A stretch of 64,000 nucleotides of DNA from an uncultured Bacilli bacterium (GTDB lineage Bacteria > Bacillota_I > Bacilli_A > RF39 > UBA660): positions 6,952 through 70,951 of the forward strand of contig CAJUHO010000002.1 of assembly GCA_910586195.1 (NCBI GenBank). Reading direction: 5' to 3'. Below, one piece after another: positions 18,272-26,477 of this stretch. Under the pieces are notes generated by a model. That model saw only the letters and a program-made list of their open reading frames with translations. It was not told the DNA's origin and made no database searches. A program made the translations under genes and the position numbers. The stretch's first letter is position 1. Each line of letters begins with the position of its first letter.

Positions 18272-18760
18272 GTGAAGTTGGTACTTTTTAATTTGTATAA
18301 ATTTAAAGGTTATATGAATTTAAATTATGCAATATTTAGAAGTGGACCTATTTATACTTTAAATGATTTAGCACAGATAGGATCACATAATAAAAGAGAT
18401 AAAAAATCTTATAATTCTAATCCTGATATTAAGATAGAATTAATTAAAAATAATATAGAATTAGTATCCTTAAGAGAAAAACATGTTAAGAGTTTTAAAA
18501 TGCTTGTAAAAGATTATGAAAAAGAACACAATGAGAGAATGAAAACAGAACGAGATGACAGAAAAAGAATTTTTAATCAAATGTTAGATAAATCAAAAAA
18601 TGTTGTTGCAGATGAATTGTTATTTACTGCTACAAATGAGTTTTTTAAGAATATGACTAAAGAGGATGAATTATTTGATTATGTTGATATTCCTAGTTAT
18701 TTAAATTCTAGCAACAAATATTATGGGAAGGAAAAAGATGATTTTGAGATTAATTTATAG
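18272..18760 (+). pseudogene. MobV/Pre-family plasmid mobilisation relaxase, N-terminal 160-aa fragment only (truncated before the HxDExxPHxH motif)
   Basis: From the internal Met (18314): MNLNYAIFRSGPIYTLNDLAQIGSHNKRDKKSYNSNPDIKIELIKNNIEL...KDYEKEHNERMKTERDDRKRIFNQMLDKSKNVVADELLFTATNEFF. This parallels the pMV158 MobM N-terminus (MSYMVARMQKMKAGNLGG.FKHNER....NKDINPSRSHLNYEL...[33 protein letters not shown]). The ORF ends about 340 aa short of a full relaxase. Confidence 0.5.
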
Positions 18761-18834
18761 AAATTTTGTATAAGTTGAAAAGCATTAAAGTTTGTGCTAC
18801 TATATAAAACAATTTCAAGAAGGGGGATTTAGTT

Positions 18835-21438
18835 ATGAGGAGACAATCATTTAAAGATTTTAGAAAAAAGTATGAAAATAGACTTAATGAGGATGAAGTA
18901 ATAAATCTGTTACTAGATGATAAAGTTAGAAATTATATAATTGAAAATGATGATTTTAATTTTTTAGCTTTAATTGCATCTTCTAATAACGATAAACTAA
19001 GATCATTTTATTTTAATGAACAGACTATATTTTATATTATTCAATTAGACAAATTTCCTGGAGTATTGTTTAGAAGTGATTTTTTTCCAAATAAAATAAA
19101 ATTATTTGATAATGATTTATTTTTAAAAAGTTTAACTTTAGGGCATAATACTCATCACGTAGTTGCTCATATAGAAGAAGAATTAAGAGAACAAAGTAAT
19201 AATTTAGATGTGATTAATGTATTAAAAGATGGACTATACAAATTTATGCATTATTTACAACAGGATTTTATCAATGAAATTAAAAATATTTCAGTTTTTA
19301 TGAAAGAACTTCCCAGTGAATTATATAAAGAATTTTTAGATTATATTTCGGATGACTTAAAATATGTTGCTATTCAAAATGAAAAAATGATGTTTGATGA
19401 AATTTTTTCTAATTCATTTATAAAATATAGTGAAATTTCATTTAAAGATGTCGAAATTATTATTAATAAATTTAAAGGAATTAATAATCTATGTTATTCT
19501 CCATCTCTCCTTTATGCTTTTATCGATAAAAGTACTGACTCCAAGGGTGTGGTTATTAATGAACAAGAATTAAATAGTTTAAAAGATTATATATTTAATG
19601 ATTATTGTAAAGAAGTGTTTTTAAAGAATCTTGATTATTGGTCATTAGAAAGATTATATATGTGTTTTTCTGATGAGGTCATTGATTACTTATTAGATGA
19701 TGAAGGTTTAACAATACTAGAAAATAATCATAAATTTGGTAAATTATTATCTAATGATGTTCCATATGACAAATTAACTAAGTCTAAAATATTCGCAATG
19801 CTTTTATCAAAAAACTATCTGAAACTTCAAGACTATGATAATCAAATAGACCGAATAGGAAAATTATTATCTAATGATGAATCCTTTTATAATTTATTAA
19901 ATAGATATATTGAATTAAAAGATTATAGTCATTTCTTTAGAGTATTTACAAAATTATCAGGTGATAAACAATTACTATATTTTAAAAATAATTTTGAAAG
20001 ACTATTAGAATTAAATAATAGTGAGTTATTTAAAGGAATGAAAAAGGAAGTATATGAATTATTTAAAGATAGAATAAATATTAGAAATTATACATTTTCT
20101 GATTATGATCTATGTGTCCTCTTAAATCATAAAGATGATTATTCATTAGAACAATTAGAATGTATTTTTAGTAACCAAGAAAATATTTTTGCTATATTAA
20201 AAGGAAAATATATAAAAAGTACATATGAAATGATTTTAAATTTAAACATCTCTAAATTAAATCAAATTTATATGAGTGAAGAAGTTTTACAAGAGTGCCC
20301 AATTAATAGAAAAGATTTGATTACAAAAATAATACAAGAAAATAATTGTGATTTATCTTTCATTTTGGGGAAACTTCCAGATAATATAAGAAAAAGTGAA
20401 TTTTTTAAAGATAGAGAAAATGCCGCCATACATTTAGCTACTTTTGATTATTATCGATTGTTTCACGATGATTTTGATGGAAAATATAGATTGGATGAAA
20501 AAATTTTAGATGATGATCGATTTATTGAAAAATTTGTTGGTTATTATGGTGATATAGAAGAATCTCTAAGGTTAGTGGCAGATAATAAAACGCTTATTAA
20601 AGTAAAATCATACAATGATATGAAAAATAAAATAGCAAGCAGTTTAAACGATTCTGAAAGTGAATTTAAAACGTATTTAGAAATTTTAATGAATAGTAGT
20701 GTTAATGTGTATGAAATAGAATTTTTAAAAGATATGATAGATGTTGTTTTTTTTAATAAACGTATTAAAGAGGTCTTCTTTAAATATAAAAATATGAATC
20801 TTGAAAAGATAAAATTAGAAATTTTAAGTAATGTAATTAAAAGTTCGCGTGAAAATATTGCATCATCTATCACAAATCCTTTAGATAAAAATATAGTTAA
20901 TATGGAATATATATTAAATGGAGAAAAAGTTTTAATTCCAACTATAATATATGACAATGAAACTTATACTTTTTTGGTAAGAAGAGTGAGTTCTGGAAAA
21001 CATTTTTATGATGGGACTTATGAAGATGGAATAGATTATTATAGTACAATAACGGAAAAAAATAGGTCTATGTATCATGGAGATTCAGGTGTTAAATTTG
21101 GATATGTTAGAGTACTACCAGAAGATATTATTCAAGTTAATTCGTTTGATGCTATTTCTCAAAATTCTCATAGTAATAAATATATTGCTCCGTATATAAA
21201 ATATCCAGAATGGGTATCTATGGAAGAATTAAATGAAAGAACTTTGAAAAGTCAAAGTTATAATGAATTAAGAATTAAAGGAAAATATATTCCTGACTTT
21301 ATAATTAGTTATGATGAGCCCAATGAAGCTACATTAAGATATTCTAATGAACATAGTACACCAATGGTAAAAATTCTTAGAAAAAGCTATCCTAATGCAA
21401 TAGAACAATGTGGAGATCCGTATTCCGATTGGCAATAA
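18835..21438 (+). CDS. Large hypothetical cytoplasmic protein (867 aa): about 700 aa of repetitive all-helical N-terminal region + about 170-aa mixed C-terminal domain
   Basis: 2.6-kb uninterrupted ORF in 27% GC DNA; RBS AAGGGGGA; no TM or signal peptide; no motif recognised by eye. Confidence 0.6.
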   Translation: MRRQSFKDFRKKYENRLNEDEVINLLLDDKVRNYIIENDDFNFLALIASSNNDKLRSFYFNEQTIFYIIQLDKFPGVLFRSDFFPNKIKLFDNDLFLKSLTLGHNTHHVVAHIEEELREQSNNLDVINVLKDGLYKFMHYLQQDFINEIKNISVFMKELPSELYKEFLDYISDDLKYVAIQNEKMMFDEIFSNSFIKYSEISFKDVEIIINKFKGINNLCYSPSLLYAFIDKSTDSKGVVINEQELNSLKDYIFNDYCKEVFLKNLDYWSLERLYMCFSDEVIDYLLDDEGLTILENNHKFGKLLSNDVPYDKLTKSKIFAMLLSKNYLKLQDYDNQIDRIGKLLSNDESFYNLLNRYIELKDYSHFFRVFTKLSGDKQLLYFKNNFERLLELNNSELFKGMKKEVYELFKDRINIRNYTFSDYDLCVLLNHKDDYSLEQLECIFSNQENIFAILKGKYIKSTYEMILNLNISKLNQIYMSEEVLQECPINRKDLITKIIQENNCDLSFILGKLPDNIRKSEFFKDRENAAIHLATFDYYRLFHDDFDGKYRLDEKILDDDRFIEKFVGYYGDIEESLRLVADNKTLIKVKSYNDMKNKIASSLNDSESEFKTYLEILMNSSVNVYEIEFLKDMIDVVFFNKRIKEVFFKYKNMNLEKIKLEILSNVIKSSRENIASSITNPLDKNIVNMEYILNGEKVLIPTIIYDNETYTFLVRRVSSGKHFYDGTYEDGIDYYSTITEKNRSMYHGDSGVKFGYVRVLPEDIIQVNSFDAISQNSHSNKYIAPYIKYPEWVSMEELNERTLKSQSYNELRIKGKYIPDFIISYDEPNEATLRYSNEHSTPMVKILRKSYPNAIEQCGDPYSDWQ

Positions 21439-21510
21439 TTTTTTAAGACATAAATTCAAAAGAAAATTTGTAACTAATGAATTTCTGTTTATGTATCGTG
21501 TTTTAATATT

Positions 21511-22389
21511 ATGTTTATGTATAAAAAAGAAAAAAAGCTTCATTTTGAATTTGATAAAAAATTGAATGATAAGGGATATCAAAAGACCAATAATAATGTC
21601 AATTTAGTTTCATTAATATCTAGTTCAGTGGTTGAATCTGAAGAATATGCAGCAAGGATATTATTATCTATGTTTCCAGTTGCAAATTTGTATACATTTA
21701 TTAAAATTATTACTAAAAAACTTGATAATGAATATAATGCGATTCTTGATAGTTTAGATAATGAAGAGGTGTTAGATACTTTAGAAGAAAATAGACATAT
21801 ATATAATCAAAAATCTATTTTAATGAGAAAAGATAATTTAGTTAACAAAATAGCCAAAAGGAATAAAACAGATGAGCATAATAAAAATACTAGTGAAAGT
21901 ATTAAAATTGGTGAAAATGATTCATTAGAACAACTCAAACAAAAAAAGGAACTACTTGATGAAATGATTTATATACGAAGTCTAGAAGAAATGTCACAAG
22001 TTTCATCAATTCAAGAATATGAAGAAAATCTAGAACAACCTGAAAAAGAAAAGCAATTTGATAAAAATTTAGAAAACATTATAAGGGACACTTGTGCTAT
22101 TAAATTACAATTAGAAACTGAAAAACAAAAATTAGAGAACTTATCTTCAATCTCTAATTTGGAATCAGTTATGGATGATTTTATGAAAAAGTTAGGTGAT
22201 GACACTTTGGCTCATGATAAAGAACCTACTACTGAAAAAGAATTAGTGATGAATGAAGAATTTATTGATGAGCAATTAGAAAACTATAAGAAACTTTCAG
22301 AATTATCAATCATGCAAGAAATTGAAGAACCAAAAATTGAGGGACCAAGATTAGTAAAAAAAATGACACCAGAAAGTGGTAAAAAGTAG
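21511..22389 (+). CDS. Hypothetical acidic coiled-coil protein (292 aa)
   Basis: Glu/Lys-rich heptad-like C-terminal half; directly downstream of the 867-aa gene, same strand (probable operon). Confidence 0.5.
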   Translation: MFMYKKEKKLHFEFDKKLNDKGYQKTNNNVNLVSLISSSVVESEEYAARILLSMFPVANLYTFIKIITKKLDNEYNAILDSLDNEEVLDTLEENRHIYNQKSILMRKDNLVNKIAKRNKTDEHNKNTSESIKIGENDSLEQLKQKKELLDEMIYIRSLEEMSQVSSIQEYEENLEQPEKEKQFDKNLENIIRDTCAIKLQLETEKQKLENLSSISNLESVMDDFMKKLGDDTLAHDKEPTTEKELVMNEEFIDEQLENYKKLSELSIMQEIEEPKIEGPRLVKKMTPESGKK

Positions 22390-22501
22390 CATAAAGAATT
22401 GCTACTTTCTTTATTATTTGTTAGAATATTATTAGAAATTGATACAAGTTATGTATTAATTCTTAATTTGGTGAAAAGTTGTAGATAGCAACTGTTATCG
22501 C

Positions 22502-22536
22502 ACCAATAAGCAGTCTGTTCGAATAGTTCGAACTTT
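22502..22536 (+). repeat. tRNA 3'-end + trailer motif, copy B, with internal palindrome GTTCGAAtagTTCGAAC
   Basis: ACCAATAAGCAGTCTGTTCGAATAGTTCGAACTTT. Preceded by a T-arm-like hairpin AGTTG-TAGATAG-CAACT + GTTATCGC, suggestive of a degenerate tRNA 3' half. Followed by a terminator hairpin. Confidence 0.5.
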
Positions 22537-22545
22537 GATATATAG

Positions 22546-22577
22546 AATCAATCAGAAATGATTGATTTTTTCGTTTT
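22546..22577 (+). terminator. Rho-independent terminator
   Basis: AATCAATCA-gaaa-TGATTGATT + TTTTTCGTTTT. Confidence 0.5.
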
Positions 22578-22916
22578 AAAAAAATCATAGAAAGCTCGAT
22601 GTCTATGATTAATGTAATTAAATAAAATATTAGTTTTAAGGTATTCATAAAAGTATAATATTTTCTTACATGAATATAATTTGATGAATAAAACGGAATT
22701 ATTGCTAAGAATTATAATTCATTCATTTATTAGTGGTGTTTCAGAAATTCCAGTTGTTTTTTATGAGGTATTAGCGCTATAATTAATTTATCAAGTATTT
22801 ATGGAAAGTGTATCATGTTTGTATATGATACGACTTTGATTAATTAAGTGTTTTGATTTATAAAAAATGTTGATATATGAAATGCTAGAATGAAATAATT
22901 ATAGTGAGGTGATGAG

Positions 22917-23930
22917 ATGGATTCTTATTTAAATTTATTTATAGATGATGAGTATCCGAAGTTTATAGATAAATATTTAACTACGGATACTTTAAATAGA
23001 TTAAAACATGTAACACAATTTTGTGGTTGTGATTATACCAATTTATATTCACCTTTATTTAGGTATACACGTTTTGATCATAGCTTAGTTGTAGCCCATA
23101 TGACATGGCATTTTACTCATGATAAAAAAGAAACTATTATGGCGTTATTTCATGATGTTGGAACACCATGCTTTGCCCATTGTATTGACTATGTTTTGGG
23201 GGATTATCTTAATCAGGAATCCTCTGAAAAAAATATAGTGGATATAATAAATAAAGATAATAAAATACAACAATTTCTGCAGGATGATGGGTTATCTATA
23301 GAAGTTTTTAATGATTATTTTAACTTTCATATCTTAGAAAATAAATCACCCCAACTTTGTACAGATAGACTTGATGGGGTTTTACATACCTGTTATATTT
23401 GGTTGCATACACATTCTTTAGAACAAATTAAAGAAGTATATGATAATATTATTATTTTAGAAAATGAAACGGGAAATTCCGAAATTGGTTTTAAAGATAT
23501 CACGGTTGCAGAAAAGTTTGTTTCAATGGTTTACAGTTATGCTAAAGAGTTACAAGGAAATGCTGATAAATATGTTATGAAATATATATCAGAGGTTGTT
23601 AAATTGGCATTTAAAAGAGATCTTATATCATTGGAAGATTTGTATATAAAAAGGGAAGAGGATATTTGTAATATTTTTGATAAATACTTTCTATCATGGA
23701 AAAAATTTAATAAGGCCTCTAGTTTGGTTAGAACTGATACTTTGCCAAAAAACAGGTTCTTTATTTCATTTGAAACAAAGAAAAGAAATACAATACCTTT
23801 AGTTTATACTAATACTGGTAATAAAAGAGTTGATTTAATATCTGACTATGCTAAAGAATTGTATGATAATATAAAGTCATATAAAGATACCAAATATGCG
23901 TATATAGAAGAAATAAAAAGTCTAGATTAG
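22917..23930 (+). CDS. HD-domain metal-dependent phosphohydrolase
   Basis: His...HD pattern: RFDHSLVVAHM ... ALFHDVGTPCFAH ... D; 337 aa; RBS GAGGTGA. Confidence 0.65.
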   Translation: MDSYLNLFIDDEYPKFIDKYLTTDTLNRLKHVTQFCGCDYTNLYSPLFRYTRFDHSLVVAHMTWHFTHDKKETIMALFHDVGTPCFAHCIDYVLGDYLNQESSEKNIVDIINKDNKIQQFLQDDGLSIEVFNDYFNFHILENKSPQLCTDRLDGVLHTCYIWLHTHSLEQIKEVYDNIIILENETGNSEIGFKDITVAEKFVSMVYSYAKELQGNADKYVMKYISEVVKLAFKRDLISLEDLYIKREEDICNIFDKYFLSWKKFNKASSLVRTDTLPKNRFFISFETKKRNTIPLVYTNTGNKRVDLISDYAKELYDNIKSYKDTKYAYIEEIKSLD

Positions 23931-24293
23931 TTAAATTACAAGTTCGTGAAATTTGTTTATTAATGTATCAAAGATATATGGGGTAGAAGATTTTTACCAT
24001 TTATAATTTAGAGAATTTGATGAAGTATGAAAGGTTTTTATGATATCTGTAGAAATGATAATATTATGATAAGTATTAATAATATGTTTGACATTGATAT
24101 TGAAGATTATAAGTAGGTATATAAATTGGAAAATGGGTTTAGTGTAATATTAAATTTTATCAATAGTAAAGGTGAAAATAATAAGTCTGTTTATTTTATG
24201 AATTTGGGATTTCTATTATTGGAATGTGTTTATAAAATATCAGGATAATGATACTACTCATGTTTATTCAGATTGTACAAATGAGGTGATTGT

Positions 24294-24896
24294 TTGAAAA
24301 AGACATATAAGTATATTGTTTCAATTTTAGTTGGTTTAATTGTTGGAATGGCGACTGTTATAGGCCAAAAATATTTATCTATCAATTTCAACTTTTTGGC
24401 GAATTCAGGGGCAATTTGGTTAATACCTGCTTATTTGTTGAGTTACTATTTTAAAGTAAGTAAAAAAAATTCAATATTAATTAGTATTATGTGTTTAATA
24501 TTTTGTGTCCTTGGATATTATGGATTTGAATCCGTACTGAACCAACATGCATTTATTATTGGTAAATATATGATAATATGGATGGTATGTGCTTTTCTTG
24601 GTGGAATTATATTTGGCTTAGGCGCTTATTATGCTAATAATAAAAATAGTATCTTAAAACAATTTGGTCAAAATTTATTACCTGCTGTTTTTCTTTCAGA
24701 GGGAATAAATAAGTTAATTCATATAAAAGATTACAATCATATGATTCCTGCTATTGTGATGGTAATAACAATAGGGGTGATATTATATTTAATAGTGAAT
24801 GGGAGGAATGTTTTACAACGTAAGCATATACTTACATTTGGTATGTTAAGCTTATTTGGAATTGCATTTTATGAAATAATATATAGATTTACTTAG
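24294..24896 (+). CDS. Hypothetical polytopic membrane protein (200 aa, about 6 TM)
   Basis: TTG start after GAGGTGA; hydrophobic helices throughout. Confidence 0.45.
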   Translation: MKKTYKYIVSILVGLIVGMATVIGQKYLSINFNFLANSGAIWLIPAYLLSYYFKVSKKNSILISIMCLIFCVLGYYGFESVLNQHAFIIGKYMIIWMVCAFLGGIIFGLGAYYANNKNSILKQFGQNLLPAVFLSEGINKLIHIKDYNHMIPAIVMVITIGVILYLIVNGRNVLQRKHILTFGMLSLFGIAFYEIIYRFT

Positions 24897-25028
24897 TTGA
24901 AAATTAAAAATATGGAATGGTAAAAGATGAAAAGGTTGTTTTTAATACCGTTATTGATGAAGGTGAATAGGAAGTTCTAATAAAAAAACTTCAGAATATT
25001 AGAAAGTAAAATTCACAGATAAAACATA

Positions 25029-25057
25029 TTGTCAAATGAATTATCTTTTGATATAAT
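25029..25057 (+). promoter_or_regulatory. Consensus sigma-A promoter for tRNA-Met (TTGTCA - 17 nt - TATAAT)
   Basis: -35 TTGTCA at 25029-25034, 17-nt spacer, -10 TATAAT at 25052-25057, tRNA 5' end at 25077. Confidence 0.6.
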
Positions 25058-25076
25058 AGACTTGCTTATGTGAAAT

Positions 25077-25153
25077 GGCGATGTAGCTCAGCTGGCTAGA
25101 GCGTTCGGTTCATACCCGAAAGGTCGGGGGTTCGATTCCCTCCGTCGCTACCA
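25077..25153 (+). tRNA. tRNA-Met (anticodon CAT), elongator-type
   Basis: GGCGATGTAGCTCAGCTGGCTAGAGC D-arm, anticodon stem TTCGG/CCGAA with loop TTCATAC, T-arm GGGGGTTCGATTCCCTC, 3' CGTCGCT-A-CCA. Lacks initiator features (no 3 G-C pairs in the anticodon stem, no C1 mismatch). A tRNA-Ile2 (lysidine) identity cannot be excluded from sequence alone. Confidence 0.85.
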
Positions 25154-25177
25154 GATGGATATTAAACTCGAACTTTC
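25150..25177 (+). repeat. tRNA 3'-end + trailer motif, copy D (genuine tRNA-Met 3' flank): ACCAGATGGATATTAAACTCGAACTTTCGAG
   Basis: Template for copy C at 17280. Confidence 0.6.
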
Positions 25178-25403
25178 GAGTATAGGTAAAACAGTCTTAT
25201 AAGTAAGCTGTTTATAGATGAAGGAAACTTCATAAAATAAAGAAGCATTTAATATTTTTTGTTAAGTGTTGTTACTTGTATAGTTTCCACCTAAGTCTAG
25301 GTGGATTTCTTTTATATTAGGGATGTATCTTTTTCGATACTTTGCTTTAGAAGCTTTATATATGTGAGTTGTTATAAGGGATTCATTCAGAAGGAGAATT
25401 ACT

Positions 25404-26144
25404 ATGCTTAAATTTATAGTAGTAGAAAATTGTGAGCAGACTGCTAAAGAGATTAAGAGTACTATTAATCAAGCTATGATGCAGAATAGTATTAATTTTT
25501 CTACTTTCTTGATATCTAATAGTAAAGATTTGGAATCCTATATGCAAGATTCAGATCAAAAAATTTATATATTGGATTCTCGTGGATTGAAAAATAAAAG
25601 TGCTTTATCGATTGCTCAGGAAATTAGGGAAAGTGATTGGCTTAGCTATATTATTATTTTAAGTATTTTCGGAACAGATAAGTACTCTTTTTTAGAATGT
25701 CGCCTTATGATTTTTGACTATATTAATTTAATAAATGAAAACTGGACTAAAAATTTGCACTCAGACGTGATGCAAATTGCAGATTGGATAAATAGGAGAG
25801 GATGTTTAATTATAAAACATCATTATATAGATTATTGCATATCATTTGAAGATATTTTATATATTACAATTGAGCTTGGAAGTCGCCTAACTACGATTGT
25901 TACTGAAAATGAAAAAATTGACTGTTCTGTTTCACTTCGTCAACTAGAGTCCCGCCTTCCCTCTAGATTTATTAGAGTGTACCGTTCCTGTATTGTAAAT
26001 ATGGATAAAATAGTTAAAGTGGACTTTAAGAATCATTTTTTAATTCTAAAAAATAAAAATCGTATTTGGATTTCTAGACAGTATGCAAAAGAGATTCGAA
26101 ATTTGTTATCTGAGGATTGTCAAAATATAGAAAAAATTATATAA
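25404..26144 (+). CDS. LytTR-family response regulator (receiver-like N-terminus + LytTR DNA-binding domain), orphan (no adjacent histidine kinase)
   Basis: Receiver-like region with YILDSRG (phospho-Asp position); C-terminal LytTR pattern ...YIDYCISFEDILYITIELGSRLTTIVTENEKIDCSVSLRQLESRLPSRFIRVYRSCIVNMDKI. Confidence 0.7.
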   Translation: MLKFIVVENCEQTAKEIKSTINQAMMQNSINFSTFLISNSKDLESYMQDSDQKIYILDSRGLKNKSALSIAQEIRESDWLSYIIILSIFGTDKYSFLECRLMIFDYINLINENWTKNLHSDVMQIADWINRRGCLIIKHHYIDYCISFEDILYITIELGSRLTTIVTENEKIDCSVSLRQLESRLPSRFIRVYRSCIVNMDKIVKVDFKNHFLILKNKNRIWISRQYAKEIRNLLSEDCQNIEKII

Positions 26145-26197
26145 TCAAATAGGATACGATAAATTCCCTCATGATTTTAAATAGAAGGAGGGAATAC

Positions 26198-26269
26198 ATG
26201 GAACATTATTTTTGTTTAGCAGTTATATTTTTTATTATTGCGACTTCGTTAAAACATTATGAACACTAA
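26198..26269 (+). CDS. Micro-ORF (23 aa) MEHYFCLAVIFFIIATSLKHYEH between the LytTR regulator and the ABC exporter
   Basis: Strong RBS AGAAGGAGGG 7 nt before the ATG; hydrophobic core flanked by His/Tyr; followed by hairpin GAAAACAT-(11)-ATGTTTTC. Confidence 0.3.
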   Translation: MEHYFCLAVIFFIIATSLKHYEH

Positions 26270-26477
26270 AAAAGAAAACATATTATAAAAACATGTTTTC
26301 TGTGATACGTTACAAATACAAATAGGGGCTAATTTTATCGTATCCTCTTTTTTGTATTTGTAATAATACTATAATCAAAAGTTTCTTATAATTCAATATT
26401 TGTTGTTTAAGTGGTCGTTTTTTTTGTGTAAATGGTAGATTGATGTTTCTTTTTTAATTAGTAAGTAGAGGTGTAGT

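Noticed and set aside
22463-22648. 61-aa minus-strand ORF in the intergenic region after the 292-aa gene
   Set aside because: It spans the repeat-B motif and a terminator hairpin on the plus strand, has no RBS and reads as low-complexity antisense. Other intergenic or antisense ORFs at 17029-17244, 18009-18218, 21334-21582, 22011-22205, 33991-34212 and 46128-46454 were rejected for similar reasons.
24027-24116. 29-aa ORF (MKGFYDICRNDNIMISINNMFDIDIEDYK) between the HD gene and the membrane-protein gene
   Set aside because: No Shine-Dalgarno sequence and no hydrophobic or other recognisable character. Likely random.
25077-25153. tRNA-Met(CAT) considered as initiator tRNA or as attB for a downstream prophage
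   Set aside because: It lacks the initiator hallmarks (three G-C pairs in the anticodon stem, unpaired 1:72). Downstream genes (LytTR, ABC, SDR, pfl) are not phage-like. The accessory DNA lies upstream, not downstream.
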